Positions 13,159 through 27,206 are shown, counted from the first letter of the stretch. The stretch is 64,000 nt of DNA from Geosiphon pyriformis uo1 (GCA_016748015.1 JAAOMT010000776.1:124001-188000); one strand, 5' to 3'. The notes: generated from the sequence alone by a model not told the origin. Numbers and translations are program-made.

Positions 13159-14225
13159 TAGTGTGTTGCACATCACAAAACTTGATACAGATAAGTGGCT
13201 AAATATGATAAATTTTTTTCGCGCGTTTTACTAATAATATTTTAGAAATTTTCTTGCACAATGTTACCTTCGAAGCAAGAAACACAGCGCCAAACCGTAT
13301 TATATTTTTGGAATGAAGGGATACGAGACTCAACTGAAATAAAACAGCGAACAAATATACCACGCTCTACTATCTATAATATCCTTAAAAAACTCGAAAA
13401 AACAGGGATGGTGGAGCATGCGGGTGGAAATGGTCGGCCGCGAAAAATTAAAGATGCATCACGAACATTAGGACAATACCTCCGTCGAGATTCTTCAATA
13501 TCTTTGAGGACTTTGAAAATAAATTAGCAAAAAAGAATGTAGACGTTTCTCCTAGTACTATCCAAAGGCATTTAATTAATCATGGATATAAAAGACTTGC
13601 CTTTGGCAACTCCAATGCTCACCAATCTCCACAAGGAAAATCGTGTAAAGTGGGCTCAAGAACATCTCAATGATAATTGGAAAAGAACTGTTTTTTCGGA
13701 TGAAACAGCTTTTTGTCTATTCCGAAATACAGTAGAACGTTGGTATAAAGGCCAGCGACCAACACGTGCTATACCAAAAGATCGAACAAAAATTATGGTT
13801 TTTATGAGAAAGAAAAGGTAAGTTTTTTTGTTTTACCCAAATAATGGATGCTAAGTTCTATGTAGAAATTATTCGTGAACATTTACCTGAGATAAGAGGA
13901 ATGTTAGGGAATGAGTGGCGGTTTCAACAGGACAATGACCCAAAGCACACAAGCGTATGCCCAAAAATCGGGATGAATTAGAGCAGTTTATGAAGGAAGA
14001 GTGGCGAAATATTCCCCGATCTACCCTAATTGGGTTAGTGGGATCAATGAAACACCATTGTGAGATGATAATTGCGAATAAGGGGGAAAGAATATCATAC
14101 TAAATTTTTTTTAATAAAATCATGTGCTTTTTAGCTTTCTAATGGTATATAATTTATATCTTTTGGTGCATTGGATAAAGCACAGTGATTATTTTTTTCT
14201 GTCCAATTTTTTTTGCAACGCACTG
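13159..14225 (+). mobile_element. Tc1/IS630-mariner DNA transposon relic
   Basis: TA flanks at 13157-58 and 14226-27; TIR (C>T)AGTG(C>T)GTTGCA on the left versus TGCAACGCACTG on the right. Confidence 0.88.
13261..14103 (+). pseudogene. Tc1 transposase pseudogene
   Basis: HTH with GRPRK, TVFSDETAF (first D), WRFQQDNDPKHTS (second D); frameshifts near 13520 and 13590; the SPDLNPIE segment carrying the catalytic E is deleted. Confidence 0.88.
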
Positions 14226-14881
14226 TATTACAACTAGAAAAATCTTTTAATTAATTAATTTCAATAAATATATAAACTGAAAAACCACTTATAACAATGT
14301 CTTTACTGTTTTGTCTAATTGTTTCATGGTTGAAAAAACTTTGTTGGTAGTTGCTTTAATAAAAACAGGAATAAAAATAACAATTGCTTTTTTTTTTAGT
14401 TTGGTTATAAACATAAAATCTACAAATTTTTTGAATCATAAAAAAGATATCATAGTTAATATCAAGACTTTATTTTAATATCCTTTCAACAGAAAACCTA
14501 GCAAGAAAGCCAAATACAAGCACTGGTAACATGGGCTCTAGAGAAAAATAGTAATATAAAATTTTTACAATTAATAAAATATTTAATATAAATTATACAA
14601 GCCGCAAGAATTTTTTGAATTAAGGTATTATTTTTTCCAACTCAATGCTTCAAAAGGCAATGTCTATTAATTCTAATTCTATTCCAACCTCCTTTTCCTT
14701 GATCGAGACTTTTGATAGGAATCTGGAAGCAAAACTAGATAATTGATACGAAAATTGTCTTTTTTAAAGTCAAAATTACTAAATCATTATTGTTAAGCGT
14801 ATTATTTGTATTGCTAGCTGTTAGTTGCTTTATATTGAGAAATTGATGTTTTTAAAATTGATTTGACATGTAAACGCTGAT

Positions 14882-15856
14882 TTATCTGACCCAACTTTGG
14901 GGATATATATGTTCGTAAATTCTTAAATATTCAGCTCGTAAGGGAATGTTGATATTTCCCCGGCCAATTATTCCCCCAATTACTAATAAACCACTAGCTA
15001 CTAACCCGAGGGAAGTCGTTAAAGCTCCATTTCGAATGGAATTTTGCCTTTTCTTTGCTTGATCAGATGCGATTGCTGCTCTATCCTTGTTCTTCTTTAG
15101 AGAAATCGATCCAGAAATTACCTGGAAAGCGGCAGGGGCACCACTTGCAACGTGGTATGCAGCCAAACCGAGCAATAAGGTGAAGCCTAGATAAGTGCTC
15201 TTGGGCCATCTCTTTAAAGCGAGGGTGACATAAGTAATATCGATAAGAGACGAATCACCCAGGTAACGTCTCGGTATAATTCGATTAACAGCATAATGGC
15301 TAACAACAACAGGAATCAACAAATAGCCTGTAAGTGAATGCAACGGCAAAAGAAATGCAACAGCTCTTGATATGTAGGAAGGAGTAATTGTAGTCGTGGT
15401 TTTTGTGGTGATCTTTTGACGAACGACTTGCCCCTTATCGTTCGTTTCATCTGTTACAATTTTTTCAATTTTCTCGTTCACTTCTCCTGTCAATTTACGT
15501 GAGTCTTCCTTTCTAAGCTTTCGCCAAAATAAACGAATACCACGCTTAGCGACGCCTGACGTTATATGAACCCAAAGAGAGCCAAAAACTATGATAGGCT
15601 CCAAGAGACTGTTTTGATAATAAACTCGCCCAAGGACTAAAGCTTTGTTCGCGAGCTCAACACCACCAAAATTGGCCAATATTGCTGCACTTAAATGCGT
15701 AACGAGGAAAGTGCTAAAAACTATTGCAGAGCCTGCTTGGACTATAGTCAAATATCCATAAGTTTGCGGCAAAGTAAGGCTAAACCGAGATTTAGTTGGG
15801 TCCACTATTTCCGTTGTCGTTGCCGATGAGCTAGAGGCAGGTTTAGAAAGTGACAT
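14882..15856 (-). CDS. MCP1: Mitochondrial adapter protein MCP1-like (DUF1691), multi-pass membrane protein, 324 aa, single exon
   Basis: Intact ORF with QAGSA..FSTFL.THL, LGRVYYQN.LLEP, HSLTGY.L.P...H...NR and YH..SG motifs. Confidence 0.8.
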   Translation of the reverse strand: MSLSKPASSSSATTTEIVDPTKSRFSLTLPQTYGYLTIVQAGSAIVFSTFLVTHLSAAILANFGGVELANKALVLGRVYYQNSLLEPIIVFGSLWVHITSGVAKRGIRLFWRKLRKEDSRKLTGEVNEKIEKIVTDETNDKGQVVRQKITTKTTTTITPSYISRAVAFLLPLHSLTGYLLIPVVVSHYAVNRIIPRRYLGDSSLIDITYVTLALKRWPKSTYLGFTLLLGLAAYHVASGAPAAFQVISGSISLKKNKDRAAIASDQAKKRQNSIRNGALTTSLGLVASGLLVIGGIIGRGNINIPLRAEYLRIYEHIYPQSWVR

Positions 15857-16629
15857 AACTAAAGAAGAAAAAGAAAAAACTTTTCCCTTTCGTTAAGTTA
15901 ACCAAACTAGCTAGATTTCTTTATCTGTTCCTGCATAATTTCAACCAGTAGCTGAGACTGTTTTACGGCGTGATTTCAATTAATCAGTGATCAAAAAATC
16001 AATCATAATATCAGAAGTAGGAGGTTTCGCGGTCGGTGATTTATTAATATTAGTACACCAAACACGGTGCGGCGTGCATGTAAACGCGTGTTGTACAAAG
16101 TAGCTAAATGGACACGACAGTGGTGTGCCAATCAAAAGATTCCTTTGTATTATCATCTCGAAGATACCTTTTGAGACACCTACACAAACTAGTACTCACC
16201 CCTCTCTCCTTAATACAATACTCTGTCGTTTTTTTACCCTCATTCTTATTTCCCCTTTCACTTTCCCTGTACCTCTGCCTGTCCCTCCACCTTTTCTCTT
16301 TAATAATATTACAACCAAAACCTACCTCGTATTCACCTTTCATCCTAAATCATAGTACCCACTCTCTAACTTCTCTATCCTCAACTCTTTCTGTTATTGT
16401 TTTTTTCTTCAAAAAAGAGAGCACGCCTGTTATTAGTTAATGGTTAATCCGTTTTCATATTGTCATCGTTCGTTTTAAAAATTTTCTATTGCCGTCAAGC
16501 ACTTTGCTCTTGAGCCCTGCTTAACGATAGGAGAGTTTAATCTCGAGTTATTTCCCTCAGGAACTTATTCAATCGAAATAGATCATAACGTAGAAACTTT
16601 TTTATTTCTACTGAAAAAACGGGGGAAAA
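15857..16629. promoter_or_regulatory. Divergent promoter / 5' UTR region with CpG cluster and MCB-like ACGCGT (16084-16089)
   Basis: Head-to-head ATGs separated by ~770 bp; CpG-rich core at 15960-16120; pyrimidine-rich leader on the + strand. Confidence 0.6.
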
Positions 16630-18696
16630 ATGTGTTGTAACACAGCGAAGTGGAAGATAGAGCGTGACAGAGAACAGGTGAAAGATCACAAATTCGACTT
16701 TGTCGATGTGAAGGACTTCCGCCAGAGGCACTTTCTTCGCAAAATTAAATACTCTTTTGTATTTGCTGTGGTGTTAAAATCGGTGCTTGTTTATATTGCT
16801 GACCTCTGGACGGCTGGAATCTTACTCATTTTTAACGAATGGAATTCATCGGTGAAACCGAAAATTCCCTTTTACATTTCGAAATGGATTTTCTTAGGTT
16901 GTATTTTTATGTCATTTGGATTGCTAGCATGGGACATGAAGAAAGCACGAGCGATTGTTGCGTCACGCGATATCTCGTATGCATTTACTAGTATTATTGC
17001 CTATCGGTTTTACACGCTAAGGAGTTATTCGCATTATTGTTTCTTCTCGAAGATTAATAATTCAAAGAAGCGATGGGATAGGATTGCATTTTTTGTATTC
17101 TTCACATTCAAAGGTAGGTTTATTATTATTGCTGGAGGTTTAGAGAGATTAGATAATTTTGGACCTCAAAAAATGAATCCAACTATTCACAATTTTTTTC
17201 CAAAATTTTTAAAATTTGTGATAGGCTGGAAACGTCTAATGTTTGCTGAAGCCCCTCGGCAAGCCATTAATGCCTTTACTTTATATTCAATTTTGCAATC
17301 AAAAAAGTTTTCCCTGAATTACAACTCTTATGGTGATAATCTTGTGCAACGTGTTGCTATGTTCTTAATGGCTTTCACCCTAGGAATCTTTGTAATTTCT
17401 GCTTCATTACTTGCCTTTGCTTTCCTATTATATCTGCCATTATTATGTCATATTCGAGGCAATTTGAAGGAATACTGTTGTCACAAAATTGACAAAAGGT
17501 AAACAAAACAAATAATGGAAATTTTCGAGTTAATGTTCTATTTTTAATAATAAAATGGCTAACTTCACATTTTGATTTATCAAAGAATTGGCGAACTTTT
17601 GAAAAAGAAGTCTAAAGATCGTTATCAAAAGCAACGGGCAAAAGCTCAAGCTGAAGCACAAGGAGATTATAGCCATTTAAAGAATAAAAAAGGCGAATTG
17701 ACATCGCAACCACTTCGTGAACCTACACTTCCAACATTAGCATATTTTGAAACAACACATTCGGTACCTCCACTTCCACCATATCAACGTGTTCCATCAC
17801 CTGTAATGTTTGAGGATAGAAACTTAGCAAATTCACGAGATCCTTATTATGTTAATGGTGGTCCAAGAGCAGGAAATCCAGGTTATGGTCATTCATCGTT
17901 ACTACCACCAACCTCGTCATTATCACCTCATTATGGAGCAAATGCTGCTGGTCAGCGTCAACCATATCAGCCAACAAATCGTTATAGTAATTCATCTTTA
18001 CATTCAGATGTAAATCGTTTAAATCCTGCGTATACAATCAATGGATATCAAGGACATATACAATCAGGAATACAAAATCATCAAATGGGAATGAATTCTG
18101 TACCTCCGAGACGTAATTATAATAATCTGAATCTTGTACAAGCAGCGGCAATGAACAACTCCACTATTACATCTACTTATAATGATAATAAATCTTCACC
18201 ATCGGATTATGAAAATGAAGGCAAAAATACAGAAGACTTAAGTTCAGATGATGATGATGACGGGCCTCCAAAACCACCAAGTGAAACTAATTCTATTACT
18301 CCGGTTTTAGCCCAATATAAGAAAAAAGATTCTTCATCTGGTAAACATGGGTCATCTCATTTATCAGTAGATGTAGCATATCAATTGCGATCTCAGCCAA
18401 ATCGATCTAGTAAAAACAATTCATATAACAATAATAATCAATATTTAAATCGCCATAATCAATATGATTATCTAATACAACCATCACGATCAGAATCAAC
18501 CACCTCATCAATAGGATCTAACGGATCAGCTGTAAGATTGAATCGTGGTGTTGGTAGCGGGGCTAGTAATTCAACCCCCTCCGTTTCTGTTCGATATCAA
18601 CACGAACAATACCCTCGATATGATAATAATAATGATAATAATAACTATTATGGCGCAAAAGCTTCCAATCAAAGAGCTAGAGATGGTGGTTATTAA
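16630..18696 (+). CDS. KCH1: KCH-family fungal low-affinity K+ transporter / vacuolar membrane protein, 3 exons
   Basis: Exons 16630-17113, 17225-17498, 17586-18696 with GT-AG introns. Motifs DHKFDFVD, YSHYCFF, FTFKGWKRL.FAEAPRQ.INA, GNLKEYCCHKIDKRI; long N/S/Q/P-rich tail. Confidence 0.85.
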
Positions 18697-20317
18697 TCGT
18701 TAAATCATTAAAAAAAATCATTCAAAGACTATTTATAATCACATTTGTTTATAGCATACCAATACACCGAATTCTCAAAAATTTTCATATTTCAACTCAG
18801 CCATTTATTCACCTAAAAGCAATTACATTGTTTCCAGAATTTTCGATTTTGGAATTGATAACAGAGATTCATTAAAAATCTTCAATTTTTTCATCCCACT
18901 TTTTTGTACTTTTACAATTATTATATTATTATTATTATTATTATTATTTCAACTGCCTATTTTTAATATACATATAGAATAACATTTTGTAATTCTAGCA
19001 TCTGGATTGTTGAGATTTCAAAACTTTGTATCTTTAATATTTGCATTTGAAACTATATATAAAATCATGACCACTGATAATTCCAAGTGTTAAATCATTA
19101 TGATCGAAAATATACATTATCTTTTTGCCCACTTAAGATTTCCAGATTTGCTGAACGAAAATAACGAAAATAGAAACCGTTCGTTGTTTATTATAATAAT
19201 TAATAATGATATTTGTTTTTTGTTTATTTAAGTTTTTATGAAAAATATATATTTAGTAAAATTAAATTATAATACTAAACATAATAACTTTAATAAATAA
19301 AACAATTAATATTAATAATGTGTTAGTTTATTTTAAACATCTATTAAATGAATATAATATAAAATTTCAAGCAAAATAAGAATTTTATTATTATTATTAA
19401 TTTAATGAATGCAGCCCAACTATTACCTATTACAGTACAATTATAAAAGATTCCAAAATAAGTATGATTCATGTCTTTTTTACACGTGACCAGCCACTTG
19501 AGCCAACTCTTACATATTATTAAAACAAGACCAAAACTAACAAACTGACTTTACAAATTCTGTTAAATTACAAATATCTACTAAAATTAAAACATTATTA
19601 AAAATTAAATCTTTTTTTTTATAATAAGCTTTTAATTTTGAATTTAAAAATTAAATCTTTATTTTATAATATATAGTCATATTATAAATATTTTTTAATA
19701 AAAGTAACTTAAAAAACCAGTTATTAAAAACAAAATTCTTGACAATAATTATATAAATATAAATCTTATATGATAATATTATATAGTAATTAAAAAACAA
19801 ATAAGTATATAAACAATTTATTAAACAAAATAATCAACTTATTAAAATATTTATTAATACTAATTTTTTTATAATAAAATTAAAAATACAATAATAAATA
19901 CAATTTACAGTTAAATAACTAAAATTATAAAGTTTTTTTTTATAATAATTAGTAATTTTCTGTAAAATATCTTTATAAAATAAGTACAAAAATTAATAAT
20001 ATTGTAATTTAACAAACCAAACTTCAAATATTTATGAAAAACTTTTTTTTTTTCTTTATTTCAAATTCTCAAAAAAAGTCTGCTTTTTAAAAAAGTTTTT
20101 TAGTTTTTTAGTTTTTTCTGTCATATTATTTTTTAATATTCAATTAAATACTTCAAAACTTTTTTTGTTTAATAACAAACTAGTTATTAACATTAATAAT
20201 TTAATCATGAAAAAAACTGCCAAAAGCTTTGGTTTAAATTTGAACAAAGAGTTTTTGTTTTTAAAAAATAATAAAAAGGATTAAAAGTCTAAAAATCTGT
20301 CAAATCAAAAAGTATGG

Positions 20318-21180
20318 TGTTAGAAATGATTATTTGGGGTCTTAAATCAAATAACAAACTCATAACTTAATGCTTAATAGTTGTTATGATTGGTAATATC
20401 TAAAGATTTTGTATCTAAAAGTTTTGGTTGAGTTCTTTATATAATAGACAGAGATTCAAGTGTTGTAATCCATAGCTTCTCAATATTGCAATTCTATCAA
20501 ATTTTTTTCTTAACATGATGGCCAGTAATTTTCTTAGTAAGCTATTCTCAATTGAGTGTTTTACTCTTATTTCTGGGTCTTTTACCAATCACTTTGATGT
20601 CAATAACTCCATGTATTGATCTTTAATTAATTAGTAAATAACAAAAAAAACCAAAGAAAAGAAAAAAAATAAAAGAAAAATAAAAAAATTAAGCCAAGAC
20701 AAGTAATATTAGTATCTCATCAATAATTGTAATCAAGAGCTATTGTTCTAATATGGTCAAGTATTGGCAGTTATTAACATAAAATATTAATAGTTAGAGT
20801 TTAATAAATGTTTCTCAATCCAATGATAACAACATAAATTGGATGTGAATAAGTATTTTTATTGATATTTTAATAATTTCACTTTAGTGGATATGAACTA
20901 TCCTTGAAGTAATTAATGAACAAATAAGAAAAAAAGTCTAAAACTAAAAGATCTGTTTTTTCTGCTTCTAATTCTACTTCTATATATACATAATTTTTTT
21001 TATACAAGAAATTCTTTTTCTTTGCTAGATTTTCTACAAAATTCTTAATTTCTTGAGAAATCCTCAACTTTTCTGAAATATCTTAAATTTTTTAAATAAT
21101 TCTGGATTTTCTGAAACATTCAGGATTTTTTAAAAATTCTTTTTCTTTTCTTCTATTCTAATTGGCTAATTTATAATCAT
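20318..21180 (-). repeat. LTR family A copy, truncated at its 5' end next to the LINE
   Basis: Aligns with 42528-43402 and 51620-52526; TGTTAG terminus at 20318. Confidence 0.8.
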
Positions 21181-24100
21181 GTGTTTTTTTTTCGATTATG
21201 TATTATTTTTCTCTTTTCTAAGTGTAATAATGGATATAAAAAAAATATATTTGGTAAAAAAAATTAGTATTAACAATAGTAGTAAAAATAAAATTAATAG
21301 TAGAAATATTAATAATACTTTAAAAAAACTAAAAATTGTAATCAAATATGTTTTGGAAAAACTTCTAAGCAAAATTAATTTTTTTGATAACAATAATAAT
21401 ATTAAAAAAGCCATTTCTTTTTTACTTTCTTCTTTTTTTAAGAATCTAATTCAAGTTTTAATTAAGAAATTTTTTATTTTAAATATTAATTTTAATAGTA
21501 TAGTAAAAAAGTTTTTTCAAAAAAAATTGAAAATAATTAGAAAGTTACTTATTAAAATCAATAATTTTAAGAACAAAGTTTTTATTCTCTTAAAATTTAC
21601 TGAGATTATTGGTGTATTATTTACTTTCAAATAAAGTTTAATATAAACTATAAAAAAAGCAAATATTATGAACATTTTAGTAAACACTAATCTCAAAAAA
21701 TTGACTGGACATTTAGATTAGACTGTAATTATTAAAAAAATTTTAGTGAAAACATTTATAAAAACTGTATATATTGTGTTGTTTAGATTTGGAATTATTA
21801 AGTTAATTAAAATACAATTAATAAAACTATAACAAAAAATAATTATAAAATTTAAGCAATCAAGTTATATTAATCTAACTATAATAAAATAGTTTATCTT
21901 AATTAAGAAAGACATTGTGTAAATTATTAAGACTAATAAAAATAAAGAAACATAAAATACAAAAGATTATAATAAAATACTGTTCTATACTCTTTTTATA
22001 AAAACAAATATTCATGATTTTTAGAACTTTTTAAGTTCTATTGATGAGAAAATCTGTATTATAAATTGTTATCCAATTATATATATCTAAAGCCAAATGT
22101 ATTGTAATTTGTTTCAATTTAAAGTTTTTATTAAATACTGCTATAAAAATTACACCAGTGTTAAAAAAAGTTAATTTGTATTAGTTTTGCTTAAACTTAG
22201 CCAAGTATACCAAATATAAGAAATTAAGTTACATATTAGTTGGCTGTATTGCTAATAAAAAAGATTTTCTGATTGGTTCTCTTTATAAAATCTTGTTAAT
22301 ATTGAATAAAAACAGATTTACTATTATTTAGATTAAACAATTAGTCTTTATTATTTATTTAGTTTTTTTTAATAGTGTATTTTAAACAAAGGTTGTTAGT
22401 AATTTTTTATTTTTTTGTGTAATAAGTTCTCAAAAATTGGCTTTTTTTAAAAGTAAAACCTTTTTTATCAATTATATTAAAAATAAATAATAGATTTATC
22501 ATTCTTAAATACAGTTTTGCCAATCTTACAAAACAAGTTGATATGCTGATTAAGAAGTTGAATGCATTTAAATTAACAGTTTTTTAGCTTAGTTTTAAAT
22601 ATTAATTGTTAGTAATTTTTTTACTACAGAATTAAAGAATAAGTATAATAATAAGTGAAAATTTAAATGTGGCTATTGATAATAAAGCTGTTGTAAAAGC
22701 AATATCTTCAAATTTATTAAGTTTTTTAAGATTAAAAAATAACATGAAAAATTTGTCAAATATGATTTTGGGTCTTTTGATTAAAGTAAACAATCTTAGA
22801 TTAGACTTAGACTCTTATTTTTTTCAATAATCAGTTTTGTTTGAAAAGTTGTTATATATAATATTAAAAAAATAAACAATATAACTAAACAAAAAAACAT
22901 TGTTTGTTAACATATAAAGTTTGGTAATGTAATTTCTATTATTATAAAAACAAAATTAAAATTTAACATTAGACTGTAGATTATAAATAAATTTAATAGA
23001 ATTTATATTTTTGTATCTAGTATTATTTATAGAAATAGAAATTATAATAGATAGAAAATAGCCAATCAAAAAAGAGTATAGTAAATAGAAGAATTCTGGA
23101 ATTTTTCTTAAAAAATTGCAAGATTTTAGAATTCCAAAATTCTTTTTAAAAGAATTAAAAAATTTTAAGGAATCTTATATAACACAAATTATGTATATAT
23201 AGTGAAAGTATTAGAAACAGAAAAAATAATTCAGATTCAAATATAAAACAATAGGTAAAAACAAGTAATTATTTAATACTTTTCTTTTTAAAAAATAACT
23301 TAAAGTGAAATCATATTTATATTAATAAAATATCTATTATTATTCAAATCTATATTATTATTACTTAATTAAAAAATATTAATCACTTCTATACTATCAA
23401 TACTTTATGATAATAGAATTCAATACTTTATGATAAAAGAATTCAATACTTAATCATACTGAATTAATTGCTCTTAATTATAACTTTTAACAAAATACTA
23501 ATTTTTTATTTTATTTTATTTTTTTTATTAATTAAAAGAATTAAGCACCAAATAATTGATGTTAAGAATAGTTTGGTAAAAAATCTAGAAAACAAGAATA
23601 GAAAACTTAAAGATAGCTTACCAAAAGATTATGACTGCCAAAATAAACTGGCTATTACACTAAAGAAAAAAATTCATAGAAAAAACATAAATTGAATTTT
23701 TGTTTATCATATAAAAAACTTAACCAAAATTTTTAAACTCCAAAATCTTTAGAAATTACTATTATCTATAGCTATTAAGTACCAAGTTACAGATTTGTTA
23801 TTTGTTCTAATATTCCAAATAATTACTTGTAATATTGGTTTGAATAAAAGCTTTTTAGTATTAATATAATCATTATTATAAATGGCTTTTTAACTTAACA
23901 TATTTTAAAGATAAAAAAAGTTTTAGACTAGGTTATTTTAGTATATTTTTTGTTTAAAAGTAAACTTTTAATGACTATTTTAGATTTGTATGTTGGTGTT
24001 TCTGCTAAAATTAGATTTAATCAAGCATTAAAAATTAATTTTTTTAGTATTAAGATGATTAACTCCAGCTTTTTTATAGTTTTGGGTAAAAATTTCAATA

Positions 24101-27100
24101 AAAATAATTTTAAAAAAAGTACAAGTTTCAAGTTTTGTTTGGAATTGGGCTTAGCCAATTTTTTTAGTGATTATTTATTAATTAAAACTTTTATTTAAAA
24201 CAACTTTAAAGAAGTTAAGAAAATTATTGCTTATGTTTTTGTAAGTAAAATTTTGTAATTTGCTATTGCTGGTTATAAGATCGACTTTGTGTTTAACTTT
24301 TTTAATACTAATTATAAGATGGTTTTGGTTTCAATTAGTTTAAAAAAATTTTTGAATGTTTATTTAAATAACATATATAAGTAGACTAATAAAAATTGTT
24401 AGAAACTTAAGATAAAAAATACCAATAAGTTTAAGTAAAGCTTTAAAAAACACTTTTTTGCTAAGTTTTTAATAGAGTTGAATGAGTTTATAAATGCTTA
24501 AGATTTTGATAATTTAGATATTATGTAGAAAATACTAAAAAAAATAATAATGAATTTAATAGATAAAATGTTTTCTAAATATTGATTTAATAAATTTGTT
24601 TGTTCAAAAAACAAATAGTTTTCAAAGTTTTTTAAGTTGGAACTACTAATTTTTAAGATTGTAAAAAAATTGAGTTTAATAACAGATTTGAGTTTAATTA
24701 TCTTATTAAGATTTAATTAACTATTAATAAAGTAAAGATTTTTAGAGTTAATAATATGATTAATAAAAATACGAGTTCTGTATATATAATTTAACATTTG
24801 TCAAAGATTAAAAAAGTTATTATAAGTTCAAATACTATAAGTTTGAAATGGCCAAAAATACATTTATCAAAAAAACAATTAAAAAGTACATAGAAAATTT
24901 TAATTCAAATAAAGAAAACATAATAAGAAGTATTTTAAAGTAGGTATTTTAAAAGATAATTCTGAATTATTTAGTAGTTGAAAAAAAGTTGGTTTTAAAG
25001 CCATAAAATTATAGTAAAATAGATAAAAAAATATTAGGTGTTTTTAGTTTTATCTGATTTGTGGTCTTACCAGTATGTATTTTTGAACTATTTAAATAAA
25101 AGCATTTTTTTTGGTATAATAAATGTAATCAGCATAGAAAAATTGATTCTAATAATTAATAGTCTGTTTAATAGCAAAGCTGCTAATTTTTTTGGCATTT
25201 TTAATAAACTTTAAAAACATTGTAATAACATGGTATTAGAATGCTTATTGAATTTAATAAATACTTATTTAACTCTTAGTAATATCCCAGTTTTTTTAAA
25301 AAAAGTGTGAGTTTTTAATCTTTAAGTCTTATGATTAAGATGGCATTTTAACAAATATATAATCTATAACACTAATTAAAATAACTAAAAAATTTTGTTT
25401 AAGATTTTGTCTGCTTATAATAAATTTGGTATTTTTTATAGCAATAATTTCTCAGTTTTAAAGAGTATTTTAATTCAATTTTTTGTGTTTGCTGTAGGTT
25501 TAATTATAAAAAATATTTTAAAAAAAGACCAAAAGCTTTAGTTGGTTTTATAAAATATATACAAAACATATAATTTAATTAAATAGTATTATTTAGAAGC
25601 TAGTTTAAAATATATTAAGATATATAACAAGTTTATTAAGCTCTTTAGTAAGATATATAAGGACAAAATTAAAAAATAATAACTAATTTTGGCCTTTTAA
25701 ATAGTAATAAAGTACATAATAAACTGGATTAAAATAAAGTCTTATTACTTCTTTAAAAAATTTTTTATAATTTTTTATTATATAAGATAAAAAGACATAA
25801 ATATTCGTGCAAATATTAAATTAATACTAATTTTTTGGCAAAAATGGACAAAGTGAAAGTTAGTAGAAAAAAAACTTTTTTTTTTGTTACAAATATTTTT
25901 GTTAATAATATAATTTAAATAAGAAATAGTTAAGCTTTAATACAGCATATTTTGGATATAACTAGTTAATTTTTTAAGATTAATAATATTTTTATTAACA
26001 ATTACAAACAATTGTAATTTTTATTAACTAAAGAGTTGTGAATATTTTTTTGTATATTAGTGATTAGCCAATTTTTATTGTCAAGTATGACAAATTTTAT
26101 AAATATTTAAGAATTTTTTTGTTAATAAAAGATATGTTTAAGCTAAATTTTGTTAAGATATACTTAAATGTTAAATTTTTTTTAAATATAGTGTTCAAGA
26201 AAATATTGTTAAATAAACAGTTTTTTTATTTAGTTTTAATAATCTTATAGTCTATACTTAATTATTAAATACAATTCAGTTTTGTGTCTAAAAATATGTG
26301 TTAAAAATAAGATATTATAATTAGAAAAGAACTTAAATTCAAGATTAATTTGCCAAAAAACTTTTTTAATGAAATCTTATATTACTTATCTCTATATAAA
26401 TTAAAATTTTTTAAGCAAATATAAGCAGAAAGCAAAGTAACTTTAATAGTTAGGTTTTTTAATATAATGAAAATTTTTAGTCATCTGTTTAAATACAGTT
26501 TTTTGAACTTATAAATTACAAATTAAATGTTAATAAATCTGTTATAATATTTAGTTAAATTAAAAGTTAACTTTATAAATAATTTTTTGGCAAACATAAT
26601 AAAAATTATTTTAACCATTAAAGTTTTTTTGGCAAATAACTTGTCTAATGTATTTTGTTTTTCTGGCCACTTTTTAATATTTGAAATACTAAAAGACTCT
26701 TATTATTTTGATGTAATTTGCTTTTTAAAGCATTTGAACATTGTTTTTGGGAATAGATTGTTAAATAAGTATAAATTGATTATAAATTAAAAGATTTTTT
26801 ATTATTAAAAAAGATTAAATCCAAAAGATCTAATACTAGTATGATTTATAAAGACTTTAGTTTACATAAATAATTATTTTGTTAAATTTAATAAGATTAC
26901 TTTCAATTTTGGTTGTTCAAATCTATTTTGCTTAAAAAAATTTTTGAATGTTTAAAAGTATTTACATAGATTGTAAACAGAAGCAATAAATATATATACT
27001 AATAATTTATTGAAGAACTTAAATACTGTAAAAATAGTTGATAGAATAACAGCTTATTTTTTTAATATTAAGATGGATGTTGGTATTAAGATTTATAAAT

Positions 27101-27206
27101 TGTTGTTATTAATAATATCAAAGTTGCAGACAATTGCCTTGGCATTGAAATGTGTTTTTTTTTGTTTAATAGTTCTGTATACAAATAGCCAAGTTGCTAT
27201 AAATGC
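21181..27206 (+). mobile_element. Decayed autonomous LINE: ORF1 (RRM plus zinc knuckle) and ORF2 (APE endonuclease-RT-RNase H), 3' part lost at an LTR insertion
   Basis: ORF1 ~21230-22830. APE start restores to WKVA.CNVRG...IVTETKL (22840-22960); RT to LWLVLQDMRKAYD (25540) and AFVDDT (25895); RNase H to YTDGS (26990) and LYTDSQ (27175). Confidence 0.85.
23022..23834 (+). repeat. Solo LTR family A inserted in the LINE endonuclease
   Basis: Eroded TG..CA ends; 5-bp TSD ctagt/ttggt (ancestral ctggt); excision restores the reading frame. Confidence 0.85.

Noticed and set aside
17572-18696. 374-aa ORF as a separate gene
   Set aside because: It is exon 3 of the KCH gene; the splice 17498/17586 restores KIDKRIGELL
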